Source: a virus
Reading direction: 5' to 3' (one strand)
IMG/VR virus record: IMGVR_UViG_3300008267_000006
Span: 1-64,000 of that record
DNA length: 64,000 nucleotides
Shown: positions 1 to 9,207 of the stretch, in pieces
How positions within the stretch are numbered: position 1 is the stretch's first letter
How the letters are laid out: every line of letters begins with the position of its first letter
Program-made: the position numbers and the translations under genes
Notes under the pieces: generated by a model
Database searches by the model: none
What the model was told of the DNA's origin: nothing
The model's input: only the letters and a program-made list of their open reading frames with translations

Positions 1-742
1 TATTAATTCCTTTTTCTGATGTTACTGCTTTGTAAAAAGATTTAAATATTCTATCTATTGAATTTATTAAAGGAATTCTTTGTTTTTTAGCCACAAAGAT
101 TGCTTGTTGCGCGTATGTTTCAATTTCATCTTTTTGATAACGCAAATATTTATCAATAAATTCTTTTTCTTTTTTTGGTAATTCATCATATTTTAATTTT
201 CTATTTGAATAATTAAATTTATATTTTTTAGTAAATCTTAGAAAATGTATTATTTCGTGATATAAAATAGCTTTTATTCTAAAAATAATTTTTTGATAAG
301 AAATTTTAAGTTGATGAAAATTAAAAATTTTATCTTTTAATTTTAAAATAATGAATACTTGTTTTTTTGAAGGCTTATAAAACCCATAAATAGAAGAGGC
401 ATCTGCATCTTTTTTAATCATTACTTTTATTAAACTTAAATCTTTCAATGCCTCGTTATCTTTTGCAGATGGCAAGCTGCTAATCGGAATATCAAAAGAG
501 TTCTCGCTAGAAACTAACTGTGGATTGCTTTTCAAATGATTAAATATTATATTAGAAGCTTCTTTGCTAACTGTTTGAACAAAGCTCCACTTTGATACCT
601 CCTCTTCAAGATGAGATTGTAATGGTATTTCATCTGGATGAAGTTGCTTTGATGCCTCATAGGGAAAACTATATTCTTTATTTTTTCTTTGAATAATTTT
701 TTGTACTTCTCTATTAGACTCTTTTATTCTTATTTTTAACAT
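1..742 (-). CDS. Partial putative zincin metallopeptidase (runs off window start; not in ORF track)
   Basis: My translation from ATG at 742: MLKIRIKESNRE...AILYHEIIHFLRF...KDEIETYAQQA, open to base 1; HExxH plus downstream E; ACTATTTAT motif just upstream. Confidence 0.65.
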   Translation of the reverse strand, partial: MLKIRIKESNREVQKIIQRKNKEYSFPYEASKQLHPDEIPLQSHLEEEVSKWSFVQTVSKEASNIIFNHLKSNPQLVSSENSFDIPISSLPSAKDNEALKDLSLIKVMIKKDADASSIYGFYKPSKKQVFIILKLKDKIFNFHQLKISYQKIIFRIKAILYHEIIHFLRFTKKYKFNYSNRKLKYDELPKKEKEFIDKYLRYQKDEIETYAQQAIFVAKKQRIPLINSIDRIFKSFYKAVTSEKGIN

Positions 743-745
743 ACC

Positions 746-754
746 ATAAATAGT
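746..754 (-). promoter_or_regulatory. Putative late promoter ACTATTTAT
   Basis: Recurrent motif upstream of structural genes; here 3 nt before the ATG. Confidence 0.55.
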
Positions 755-761
755 TTATATA

Positions 762-791
762 AACAGAAACGGGAGGCATTTCTGCCTCCCG
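762..791 (-). terminator. Intrinsic terminator after hsp20
   Basis: CGGGAGGCA-GAAA-TGCCTCCCG followed by TTTCTGTTT. Confidence 0.8.
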
Positions 792-810
792 CTATTAATA
801 CTTTAATTTA

Positions 811-1182
811 TTAATTAACTGAAACTGAGACTGATTTTTTAGGTAGTTTAACCCTACTCAGACGAACATTAAGAATTCCATTCTCAAGTTTAGCATCTAC
901 AGAATCAAGATCTATATCTTTTGACAAGCGCCAACTTAATTTAATTGGTTTTGAAAATACTGATTTAGATTTTGGCTCAATAGCAACTGTTAAAATATTT
1001 TCTTGAATATCTACTTTAACATCTTCCTTAGTAGCACCACATGCATACACTTCATATTTTATTTCATTTTCGTTATTTGTTGATGAGTAATGCAGAGTGT
1101 TTGGAATTGATGAGTATGAATAAACTGAATCAAACATCTCGTTTAGTGCCTTGTCTAGCTCTCTAATTGTTATCATTGACAT
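811..1182 (-). CDS. Small heat shock protein (Hsp20/alpha-crystallin)
   Basis: G..KEDVKVDIQENILTV...VDAKLENGILNVRL Hsp20 signature. Confidence 0.9.
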   Translation of the reverse strand: MSMITIRELDKALNEMFDSVYSYSSIPNTLHYSSTNNENEIKYEVYACGATKEDVKVDIQENILTVAIEPKSKSVFSKPIKLSWRLSKDIDLDSVDAKLENGILNVRLSRVKLPKKSVSVSVN

Positions 1183-1223
1183 ACTTTTCTCCTTTATAAT
1201 AAGGTGGCAATCGCCACGACAAT

Positions 1224-1251
1224 ACTATAAACACTCAAAAATATATGTCAA
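1224..1251 (-). promoter_or_regulatory. Sigma70-like promoter for hsp20
   Basis: TTGACA-16 nt-TATAGT. Confidence 0.55.
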
Positions 1252-1254
1252 GAG

Positions 1255-1650
1255 TTAATTTACTTCTGTGCTTAAATTATGTACTTCATACAGTATTCTT
1301 CTTTTTTCTTCCATCATTATATAAAATTTCTGCATTGCTTTCAGTTCTTCTTCGTCAAAAAGAACATCTTTAATGTTATTTTCTGTAGTAAACTTTATTT
1401 CTTCATCTGAAGGATTGTTTATCTTTTCATCTAAAAAAATTCTATACGAGTCAACTAATACAAAAGAATCCATGAGATCTGGTAGTGGACTTTCAGACCA
1501 AGAGTCAATTGGTATTTCTTTTGTTAGATCTTTAATTCTATCTGAAAGATAGAAATGAAAAGAATTAACTTCTCCGAGCACTTCTAGATATTTTTCAAAT
1601 ACAATTGTATAATATTGTACTTTTTTCTTTTGTTGTTTTTTTGGGGCCAT
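1255..1650 (-). CDS. Hypothetical protein
   Basis: 131 aa ORF abutting upstream gene. Confidence 0.6.
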   Translation of the reverse strand: MAPKKQQKKKVQYYTIVFEKYLEVLGEVNSFHFYLSDRIKDLTKEIPIDSWSESPLPDLMDSFVLVDSYRIFLDEKINNPSDEEIKFTTENNIKDVLFDEEELKAMQKFYIMMEEKRRILYEVHNLSTEVN

Positions 1651-2193
1651 TTACATCCTTTCACCTTCACCCCAAAAATTTTCATTAGTTCTCTCGTTTG
1701 TAGCTAACTCTACAACAGCAACTTCTTCACCGTCTTTTTGTATAAACTTAATTTCATTACTTACAAGAGTTAAGAATCCATATTTTGGAGTTGGTTCTTT
1801 TTTTTGATATTTTTTACGATCTTCTGAATTGTTTAGATATTTCACACACCCTTGAATAATCTCGACATCACTTTTCTTTAGTACTCTGTGCTCGTTAAAG
1901 TTGGCTTTCAGATAAGCAAGTACAACCCATTGTTTTGTACCAAGTCCTCTTATATTTGCTGGGGAAGTAGAATATCTACCATCACGATATTCATTTGATT
2001 TAACATGAGAATACTGCGGGATTCTAATAAATGAACACTCGATTTCACCAAAATCAGGTTTTCTAACCTCTTCTTTTATGTCTGTCTCTACTACAGATTG
2101 TGGCTCAGATATAATAAATACTGTTCCAGTTGATTCTTTGTTTTTTGGTGGTCTTCCAAGTCGCTTTCCATTTTTTGATAGCTTAATGTTCAT
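1651..2193 (-). CDS. Hypothetical protein with N-terminal AT-hook-like motif
   Basis: KRLGRPPKNK; GGAGG RBS. Confidence 0.6.
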   Translation of the reverse strand: MNIKLSKNGKRLGRPPKNKESTGTVFIISEPQSVVETDIKEEVRKPDFGEIECSFIRIPQYSHVKSNEYRDGRYSTSPANIRGLGTKQWVVLAYLKANFNEHRVLKKSDVEIIQGCVKYLNNSEDRKKYQKKEPTPKYGFLTLVSNEIKFIQKDGEEVAVVELATNERTNENFWGEGERM

Positions 2194-2480
2194 TATTCCT
2201 CCAATTTTCTATATACATATTCTAATGATCCAATGATCGACATATCTTCGTTTATATTTCCACTAGAAAGTGTTATTAACGTAAATTTTTGTTCTTGTGG
2301 AAATCCTCTTGGCAGTCTACCAGAAATAAGCATTTCCAACATTTTAAGATCTTCTTTGAACTTTACTATAAAGTTCTTATTTACATAAATATCACAAATA
2401 TAAAACTCATTTTTTGGCTTCATACTGTTGTATGAGCTTGTTTGCTCCGCGATAGATACAAATTTTATTATTTTGCTCAT
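2193..2480 (-). CDS. Hypothetical protein
   Basis: Start probably MSKIIKF at 2480; stop overlaps next start (TAATG). Confidence 0.5.
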   Translation of the reverse strand: MSKIIKFVSIAEQTSSYNSMKPKNEFYICDIYVNKNFIVKFKEDLKMLEMLISGRLPRGFPQEQKFTLITLSSGNINEDMSIIGSLEYVYRKLEE

Positions 2481-2697
2481 ATTCTGCATCTCTGATATTT
2501 GAATGATGAGTATATCTAATTTTATCTTCAAATATTACTTTAGAGTAATCTTCATCAAGTTCAAGCTGCTCTAAATAAATAGCTATCAAAGATTTAGAAA
2601 TCCTATCTCTAAATATAAGATTTTTTTCTTGGAGTTCAAATAACTCCGCATCTTGGGCTAATCTTATTGTATTACCCTTGTTCATCTGTTGCGTCAT
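2407..2697 (-). CDS. Hypothetical protein
   Basis: 96 aa ORF overlapping both neighbours. Confidence 0.45.
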   Translation of the reverse strand: MTQQMNKGNTIRLAQDAELFELQEKNLIFRDRISKSLIAIYLEQLELDEDYSKVIFEDKIRYTHHSNIRDAEYEQNNKICIYRGANKLIQQYEAKK

Positions 2698-2983
2698 TTA
2701 TCTGCTTCTCTTCTTTCTTTTCCATGCTATATTGGAAGCTTATGTACCCTTTAAGAGTACTATAGCAGTCTTCGATATTTAAGTCAACAAGTGACAATTT
2801 TTGTCTAATTTCATCAAGTTTTTCGAGTTGATAAAGCAGATCATTTTTAGCCGCGACATCTCTAGAGCAATAGTCTAAATCTTCAGATAAAGAATTTAGT
2901 ACATTAGAATTTTCAGATAGGATGTCTCTAATTCTTTCTGGAATGGAATTGATTGGAACCGTGATCATCATTTTTGCGTTCAT
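2672..2983 (-). CDS. Hypothetical helical protein
   Basis: GGAGG RBS before MNAK at 2983. Confidence 0.6.
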   Translation of the reverse strand: MNAKMMITVPINSIPERIRDILSENSNVLNSLSEDLDYCSRDVAAKNDLLYQLEKLDEIRQKLSLVDLNIEDCYSTLKGYISFQYSMEKKEEKQINDATDEQG

Positions 2984-2994
2984 ATACCCTCCAA

Positions 2995-3029
2995 ATAAAA
3001 TGGGACGCATAGCGTCCCATAGTATAACA
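2995..3029 (-). promoter_or_regulatory. Extended -10 element followed by terminator-like hairpin
   Basis: TGTTATACT, then ATGGGACGC-TAT-GCGTCCCAT-TTTA. Confidence 0.45.
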
Positions 3030-3044
3030 CAGATTCTATGTGCT

Positions 3045-3371
3045 TTAATTGCTAATTAATTTATAAATTGCTTGAACTATTAAACCAGAAGTTATAGTAA
3101 CCATAGTCCATAATATTCTAGAGCTTGACTCTTGATGCCTTTTTAATAAAACTATATCTGTTAGTAAATCTTGTGGTATTTTTTGTTCAAGTATGGTAAT
3201 TCTTTTTTCTTGATTACCAAGATTATTCGTTAATGATTCAACTGTTTTTTCTAACTTTTCCATACTATCCTGTATTTGATCCATTTTATACACAATAGTT
3301 TGCGAATTAACTTTTAATTCATTTAATGAATCATTTAATTCTTTTGCGGCGTCATCTGATAGTTGAATCAT
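3045..3371 (-). CDS. Coiled-coil protein with C-terminal TM helix (XhlA/holin-like architecture)
   Basis: Heptad region then ILWTMVTITSGLIVQAIY; ACTAATTAT motif at 3398-3406. Confidence 0.5.
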   Translation of the reverse strand: MIQLSDDAAKELNDSLNELKVNSQTIVYKMDQIQDSMEKLEKTVESLTNNLGNQEKRITILEQKIPQDLLTDIVLLKRHQESSSRILWTMVTITSGLIVQAIYKLISN

Positions 3372-3407
3372 ATCCTTTTTTACCTATGCTAATATATATA
3401 ATTAGTT

Positions 3408-4976
3408 TTAATTTTCAATAATAGCATAGGAAGTAGTTAATAAAGTTGACGCTGCGGAAACTGCATTTTGCAATGCACATCTGGTGACCTTTGCGGGATC
3501 AACAATACCCTCTTCGTACATATTTACATATTTACCCGTAGCAAAATTATAGCCTTGTTCTTGTGTACAATTCACTATAATTTCGTTGATAATCATATCT
3601 GGCTTGTCTCCACAATTTTCTGACAGTTTTCTAATTGGCTCCAGACAGGCTTTTTTAATAATTTCAGCACCAAACATCTGATCTTCATTTTCAGTTTCTA
3701 CATCTAGATCTTGAACAATTCTTAGCAATCCAATTCCACCACCTGGTAGGATTCCTTCTTGCTGGGCACTTTTAACAGCTTCAAGTGCATCTTCTATGCG
3801 GTGCTTTCGCTCAATCATATCTACTTCAGTAGAGCCACCAACTCTTATGATGGCAACACCAGATGCAAGTCTGGTTATTCTCTCTTGGATTCTTTCACAT
3901 TCTGCTAAATCTTCAGTTTGTGTTATTTCAACTTTAAGTTGATCTATGTGTTTTTGAACGCTTTCGTAGTTTGAAGAACCACCAACGATAGTTGTTATGT
4001 TTTTTAGTGATTCAACTGTTTTTGCAAGACCTAGTTGATCTCTTTTTACTTGTTCAAGAGTCATACCGTTATCACGGCTAATAAAAGTTGCACCAACAGA
4101 AAGAGCTAGATCTTTTAATATATTTCTACGCTCCTCTCCATATCTTGGCGCTCTTACAGCAGCTACTTTCATGCTACCTCTAACAGCGTTAAGAATAATA
4201 GCAGCGAGCGCTTGTCCTTCAACACTATCAGCAAATATAATAAGAGGCTTATTTTCTCTAGCAACTATAGATAGGATAGGCATAATGCTATCGACAGAAC
4301 TAATGTTATGATCGGTAACAAGAACTAAGGCACCATCATGGCGCATACAATTGCGCCTGTCATCAGTAATAAACTCTGGCGAAACATAGCCGGAATCAAT
4401 CTGGAAGCCCTCGACAATATCAAGAGAAGTATCAACAGATCTACCGTTCTCAATAGTGATAGCCCCGTCTTTGCCAACTCTGTCAACGGCTGTTGCAATG
4501 AGTTTTGCAATGTTTTTATCTCCATTGGAAGATATCAAAGCAACGTGTTCAATATCTTCTAAGCTTGTAATTGGTTTAGATATCTTTTCTATCTCTCCAA
4601 CTATTTGTTCGCAAGCTTTATCCATGCCTCTTTTAAGTTCTACTGGACTTGCACCTGCAACTATATATTTCTGTGCTTGATTTACAATTGCTCTCGCTAG
4701 AACTGTTGCAGTTGTTGTACCATCTCCAGCTTGTGTTGCAGTCACAGCTGAAACTTGTTTAATAATTTGAGCACCAGCGTTCTCAAATGGATCATCTAAT
4801 TCTACAAAAGATGCAACAGTTACTCCGTCTTTAGTTACAAAAGGCGCTCGCCCTTTTGGGTGAATAATAACATTACGCCCTTTTGGACCAAGAGTTGTGC
4901 TTACAGCATCGGCTAATTTATTTACTCCATTAATAATTTTTGAATTAAGAGAATTACCGTTATCATAAACTTTCAC
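3408..4976 (-). CDS. groEL: Chaperonin GroEL (Cpn60)
   Basis: TLGPKGRNV, TKDGVTVA, AGDGTTTATVLA, IEDAL, GIVDPAKVTR; GTG start; no GGM tail. Confidence 0.97.
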   Translation of the reverse strand: MKVYDNGNSLNSKIINGVNKLADAVSTTLGPKGRNVIIHPKGRAPFVTKDGVTVASFVELDDPFENAGAQIIKQVSAVTATQAGDGTTTATVLARAIVNQAQKYIVAGASPVELKRGMDKACEQIVGEIEKISKPITSLEDIEHVALISSNGDKNIAKLIATAVDRVGKDGAITIENGRSVDTSLDIVEGFQIDSGYVSPEFITDDRRNCMRHDGALVLVTDHNISSVDSIMPILSIVARENKPLIIFADSVEGQALAAIILNAVRGSMKVAAVRAPRYGEERRNILKDLALSVGATFISRDNGMTLEQVKRDQLGLAKTVESLKNITTIVGGSSNYESVQKHIDQLKVEITQTEDLAECERIQERITRLASGVAIIRVGGSTEVDMIERKHRIEDALEAVKSAQQEGILPGGGIGLLRIVQDLDVETENEDQMFGAEIIKKACLEPIRKLSENCGDKPDMIINEIIVNCTQEQGYNFATGKYVNMYEEGIVDPAKVTRCALQNAVSAASTLLTTSYAIIEN

Positions 4977-4993
4977 GAAACCACCAAACCTTT

Positions 4994-6229
4994 CTATCTT
5001 GTTTTAATTTTTAAATCTTCACGATTGGATGATAACATATTTGAATGAAACTTTAAACCATGAATAGTTAGTTCATCCATTCCTGGAATCTCTATTATGA
5101 TTCTTGCACCGTCTGTTTTGACCAGATCTTTTTTAGATATACCAGAAAGTTTTATTTTTTGTATGTCTGGTTTTTCTTCACTTTTTTCTTCTAATCTAAT
5201 ACCATCTACATCAGAAGTTAAAACTAAAAGCTTTTCATAATTTTCTTCTTCTTTGGTTCCATTGTGAGCTTCATTCACCATCGCAACTAACTGTTTAAGT
5301 TTCATTTTACGAAGATTATCGACAAACACTTGTCGTAGTTTTGCATATACTTCTTCCATTGCTTCTTTGTAAATGTCACTTTTGCTTTCTTTTGCTTTTG
5401 TCATCCATCCAGGTGGCTCTAAATCTTCTACGGATCCATTAAAAGATCTACCCAATTTCTTAGCAAATATTTGTCTACCAATTAGCCACCAAGGTCTTCC
5501 GTTTGGACTATTAACAAGTGTGTCCTCTTGTTCATCTCCGTAGCCAAGATTTTTATTATAAGTAAATCTTACTTCTCGGCCTTTTTCTGTTACAAGCTTT
5601 ATAGAAAGTCCATATGTGTGTCCGTCGAGTGTAGTTAGAATAAGGTCAGCTTTAGAGTTACGACTACCTTCTGACCTTGCTTTTATAATTTTACCTATTT
5701 TATTATCTATAAGTTTTTTACCTTTTAGAGCAGTTAACAATACACTAGAGAAATCAGTTTTTAACTTTTGTTTAATTTGTTTAACAGATGCTTCTGGAGG
5801 AAGATCTAATCTATTTTTTAATTCTGGTGTTACTTTTTTTGTTAAGAGTAACGCCATGATGTGCTCTAGAGCCAAACCCTCTCTAGAGCCTATATCATAT
5901 TTATATACAATATATACGCGGCCAGATCCATCTTTATATTCTACAACTGTGCATTCAATAGAAGAGTCAAATTTTGGTATTAATTTATCTACAATCGTTA
6001 CTGATGAATTTTTTAAAGATGATTTAACTTTTTTTCTAGCCGATTCTATATTTTCTTTATCTTCACATCTTACAACTATTGCTCTATCTAATTTATTAGA
6101 CGGCGTTACAGAAATTATTCCGTTTTTAGATACAAGTTTAGAAGTTCTTGTTTTAACATAAGATATTAATTTATCTTCATTGTCTAGTTGTTCTTCTACT
6201 TGTTTTTTTATAAATTCTAAAATACTCAT
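4994..6229 (-). CDS. Putative PD-(D/E)xK restriction-endonuclease-like protein
   Basis: GLALEH...SKADLIL...YGLSIK resembles E...D...SxK catalytic arrangement. Confidence 0.45.
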   Translation of the reverse strand: MSILEFIKKQVEEQLDNEDKLISYVKTRTSKLVSKNGIISVTPSNKLDRAIVVRCEDKENIESARKKVKSSLKNSSVTIVDKLIPKFDSSIECTVVEYKDGSGRVYIVYKYDIGSREGLALEHIMALLLTKKVTPELKNRLDLPPEASVKQIKQKLKTDFSSVLLTALKGKKLIDNKIGKIIKARSEGSRNSKADLILTTLDGHTYGLSIKLVTEKGREVRFTYNKNLGYGDEQEDTLVNSPNGRPWWLIGRQIFAKKLGRSFNGSVEDLEPPGWMTKAKESKSDIYKEAMEEVYAKLRQVFVDNLRKMKLKQLVAMVNEAHNGTKEEENYEKLLVLTSDVDGIRLEEKSEEKPDIQKIKLSGISKKDLVKTDGARIIIEIPGMDELTIHGLKFHSNMLSSNREDLKIKTR

Positions 6230-6279
6230 TTTATATTAATTTGTTTGTCTGTTTATATCGATATATCTACTATTATAGT

Positions 6280-6939
6280 TTAAATTACCTCATCTGCAAT
6301 TCCATACTTAACAGCCTCTTCCGCTGATAAATAGATGTTAACATGCTTTTCAAGCAATTTATTCATGGTGGCTTTAGTTAATTTTGTTTCAGCAATAAGT
6401 GAATTAACGTATGTCTCTTGTGTCCAACGAATTTCACTCATTTCGTTTTCAAGGCTGTGGATTGGACCTTGATTACCGCCAATAACTGAATGGATCATAA
6501 CACGACAATTGCGACCAATCTTACGCTTACCTTTAGTACCAGCGGCAAGTAAAAGAACACCAGCGCTCATAACTTTTCCTACCCCGATTGTGCTAATTTC
6601 ACAATCTTTACGAATCATACGCATCACATCATAAATCGCAAACATATCTGAAGCTGATCCACCATGTGTACTAAGATAAAATTCGAGAGGTTCATATTCA
6701 GGTAATTTAGTACCCTTCTTAGGCTTTTTAGCTTGTTCATCGCCATGTTCAATTTTTCCATATTGTCGTAATGTAATCATACCTTGAATTACTTGTGCAG
6801 CCTTTTCTTCATCTACGTCGCCTATTAGGCCAATTGTTCTAAGAGGAGCAACTTGTGGCTCTTGAGGAAGCATAATAATTTGTGGTGATAGTTCTTCCTC
6901 TTCGTTGAGTTCTTGTGGTTTAAAATTATTCTTTCGCAT
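6280..6939 (-). CDS. clpP: ClpP-family protease subunit
   Basis: YLSTHGGS, VMSAG (Ser), RVMIH (His), YLSAEEAVKYGIADEV. Confidence 0.9.
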   Translation of the reverse strand: MRKNNFKPQELNEEEELSPQIIMLPQEPQVAPLRTIGLIGDVDEEKAAQVIQGMITLRQYGKIEHGDEQAKKPKKGTKLPEYEPLEFYLSTHGGSASDMFAIYDVMRMIRKDCEISTIGVGKVMSAGVLLLAAGTKGKRKIGRNCRVMIHSVIGGNQGPIHSLENEMSEIRWTQETYVNSLIAETKLTKATMNKLLEKHVNIYLSAEEAVKYGIADEVI

Positions 6940-7252
6940 AAGTTGTCCTTTTCTTTCTTGTTTTACAAGAATGTTGTATTACTTTCTGCTTTCCAGCTCT
7001 ATACTTGTATTCTAGCAGCTTCACTGGGCATTTTTTAGCCCATTCTTTCCATTCTTTTTCTGAATCAAACCTTTTATTTAAAATCAATAATTTTGAATCA
7101 GACTTTATATTCCAGCCATGTGAAACAATTTTCCAATCATCAAATAATTTAGAAATAACACCATTATCTCCATGTTTTATATTTGATATCTGCACTACAT
7201 AAACATATTCTTCGTGTTGGTCACTTCTCCAGGCAGATAAATTTAGATTCAT
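6926..7252 (-). CDS. Hypothetical protein
   Basis: 108 aa, overlapping operon arrangement. Confidence 0.55.
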   Translation of the reverse strand: MNLNLSAWRSDQHEEYVYVVQISNIKHGDNGVISKLFDDWKIVSHGWNIKSDSKLLILNKRFDSEKEWKEWAKKCPVKLLEYKYRAGKQKVIQHSCKTRKKRTTYAKE

Positions 7253-7485
7253 TTTTTACCTCTTGTTATCTTTACCACACCCTTCTCCCAATATAAAGTT
7301 ATTTCTGAATTTATGTGTCTTTTTACTAGGTCGAGGTAATAAGCAAGAACTTCTCTTTCCTTATAGTGTACATATGCCCAATTTAAAACGGATATTCCTA
7401 CAAAAAATCTCTCTGAAAGTATAAGATTATCTTTTACTTTTATATATTCTTCTAATAACTTTCTAATCTCTCTTTCTGGATTCAT
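7249..7485 (-). CDS. Hypothetical protein
   Basis: 78 aa, ATGA coupling to next gene. Confidence 0.55.
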   Translation of the reverse strand: MNPEREIRKLLEEYIKVKDNLILSERFFVGISVLNWAYVHYKEREVLAYYLDLVKRHINSEITLYWEKGVVKITRGKK

Positions 7486-7852
7486 GTTGTTTTTTTAGTA
7501 GATTTGCTGTTGTTTCTACTCTTTTAATTAGTTCGCTCCAAGAACTATAAGACAAACTATATCCAAGTGTTTTTGTTAAATTTTTAACCCATTCATCGCC
7601 AAAACTATTAAACTTTTCTTCTAGCTTCTCTTTGACTTGTTTATATTCTTCCATATATTTTGGATCTTCTTCGGAAGCTCTTTCATAAACTATTTCTAGC
7701 ATTTGCAACATATGATGCTTTAATTGTTCAAAGTGAATAGCACCTTCAATAAATTGAATCTCCAGATCTCTAGATTTTTTTCTAAAAATTACAGACACAA
7801 CAAAATTAAAAACAAAATAACCAACAAAAAATAGTATGACAGCTTTCAACAT
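7463..7852 (-). CDS. Hypothetical membrane-anchored protein
   Basis: N-terminal hydrophobic helix; GAGGTG RBS. Confidence 0.6.
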   Translation of the reverse strand: MLKAVILFFVGYFVFNFVVSVIFRKKSRDLEIQFIEGAIHFEQLKHHMLQMLEIVYERASEEDPKYMEEYKQVKEKLEEKFNSFGDEWVKNLTKTLGYSLSYSSWSELIKRVETTANLLKKQHESRKRD

Positions 7853-7869
7853 TCATCACCTCTGAGAGT

Positions 7870-7925
7870 ATAGTACCAAAAATAAAATTCCCCGTCAAGC
7901 GTTTTTAAATGCCTGACGGGGAATT
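7870..7925 (-). promoter_or_regulatory. Terminator hairpin overlapping a sigma70-like promoter
   Basis: AATTCCCCGTCAGGC/GCTTGACGGGGAATT stem plus T-tract; TTGACG(7893-7898)-17-TACTAT(7870-7875). Confidence 0.7.
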
Positions 7926-7942
7926 AAATTATAAGAAATTTA

Positions 7943-8209
7943 TTATTCTTCTAGAGCTTCTTTTAATACACTAGAAATCTTCTCTTCTGGAAGATTATTC
8001 ATAAATGCCTCAAAAGCAATTTTTGGAATTTTATTTTCTTCCATCACTTCAAGAAAATCAACAATTGCTTGTTTTGAAACATATTCTTCATCTTCTTCAT
8101 AAGCGGATGAATAATTTTCTAATAGAGTTTCAATTTCATCTTTCTCGCTAGCAACGTTTTCAATCTCTTCAAGAATAATTTCTTTTAGCTGCTTTTTCGT
8201 TAGTTGCAT
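7943..8209 (-). CDS. Acidic protein with LTKKQLKEIILEE leader (probable head-internal protein)
   Basis: Start MQLTKK; leader shared with 12697..13077. Confidence 0.55.
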   Translation of the reverse strand: MQLTKKQLKEIILEEIENVASEKDEIETLLENYSSAYEEDEEYVSKQAIVDFLEVMEENKIPKIAFEAFMNNLPEEKISSVLKEALEE

Positions 8210-8257
8210 TTTTTTATCTCGCTCCAAATAAGAGTTTTGCTCTTGTTAGGAGATATT

Positions 8258-9121
8258 TTATTTGTGCTTATTACCACCCATGGTTGCAAGATTTTTCTTG
8301 CCATGAGTAGTGGTGTGTTCTGTTGAAGCTGATACTTCTTCCATTTTGTCACCACGCTTTGAAGTACCTTTTTCCCAAGAGTGGTCTTTCATTTTCTCTT
8401 TAACGCCCCAATTACCTTTGGTAGCGGAACCGGCACCTTTTTTCTCACCATTTGAGTTGGTTGATTTTGGAGCGGGAGCGTTGGCTTCTTCTAGCTTTTT
8501 CTTTTTATCTTTAGCATCTTTTAGACGATCTTTTAGGGATTTTTTCTTTTTATCGTCTTTTTTCTTGTCACCTTTCTTTTTAGCTTCGGCAACAAGTCTT
8601 GCGGTAACTCTTGCAAGAACGGCTTGAACGATTTGTTCTTGTAGCTCTGCTTCGCTTTCTTCATCTTCTTCAGCTTCGCCTTCGCCTTCGCCTTCTTCTG
8701 ATTCTTCGCCTTCTTCACCACCGGCATCATCTAGTTCTATTTCTTCTTCACCGCCAGCATCGCCAGCATCTTCAGAACCCTCTCCATCGAATTGGATATC
8801 AACATCGGCAATATCTGCAATTAGATCGATTAGTTGTTTAACTTTATCTTCTTTAGAACCACCAGCAGCATCCATAGAATCTTCTTCGCCACCTAGTTCA
8901 TCGCCCATTGGTTCTTCGGCTCCCATGCTATCATCACCTCCCATCTCTGGGCCAGCTGATTGCATTGGATCTTCTTCTACTTCTTGTTGTAGTTCATATT
9001 CGCCTTCACCTTCACCAGAACCCATAGCGCCACCAACGTTTTCGTTAATTGCTGGGATGTTTGCTAGCGCCATGAAGCGACGAATTTCAGATTCTGACAG
9101 TAGCTGTTTCTTATTGCTCAT
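8258..9121 (-). CDS. Low-complexity acidic/basic protein, probable prohead core/internal protein
   Basis: ESEIRRFMALANI leader, E/D/G tracts, K-rich tail; two CTATTTAT motifs upstream. Confidence 0.55.
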   Translation of the reverse strand: MSNKKQLLSESEIRRFMALANIPAINENVGGAMGSGEGEGEYELQQEVEEDPMQSAGPEMGGDDSMGAEEPMGDELGGEEDSMDAAGGSKEDKVKQLIDLIADIADVDIQFDGEGSEDAGDAGGEEEIELDDAGGEEGEESEEGEGEGEAEEDEESEAELQEQIVQAVLARVTARLVAEAKKKGDKKKDDKKKKSLKDRLKDAKDKKKKLEEANAPAPKSTNSNGEKKGAGSATKGNWGVKEKMKDHSWEKGTSKRGDKMEEVSASTEHTTTHGKKNLATMGGNKHK

Positions 9122-9159
9122 ATTTTATCTCCTAAAAATTGGGTTTTACTAATTTAAAA

Positions 9160-9207
9160 ATAAATAGTAGTATGAATTATAAAAGGAATAATTGTACTAT
9201 AAATAGT
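9160..9207 (-). promoter_or_regulatory. Two tandem putative late promoters
   Basis: ACTATTTAT at 9160-9168 and 9199-9207. Confidence 0.55.

Noticed and set aside
8533-8730. Lys-rich alternative-frame ORF resembling a histone-like protein
   Set aside because: Frame artefact of GAA-rich codons in 8258..9121
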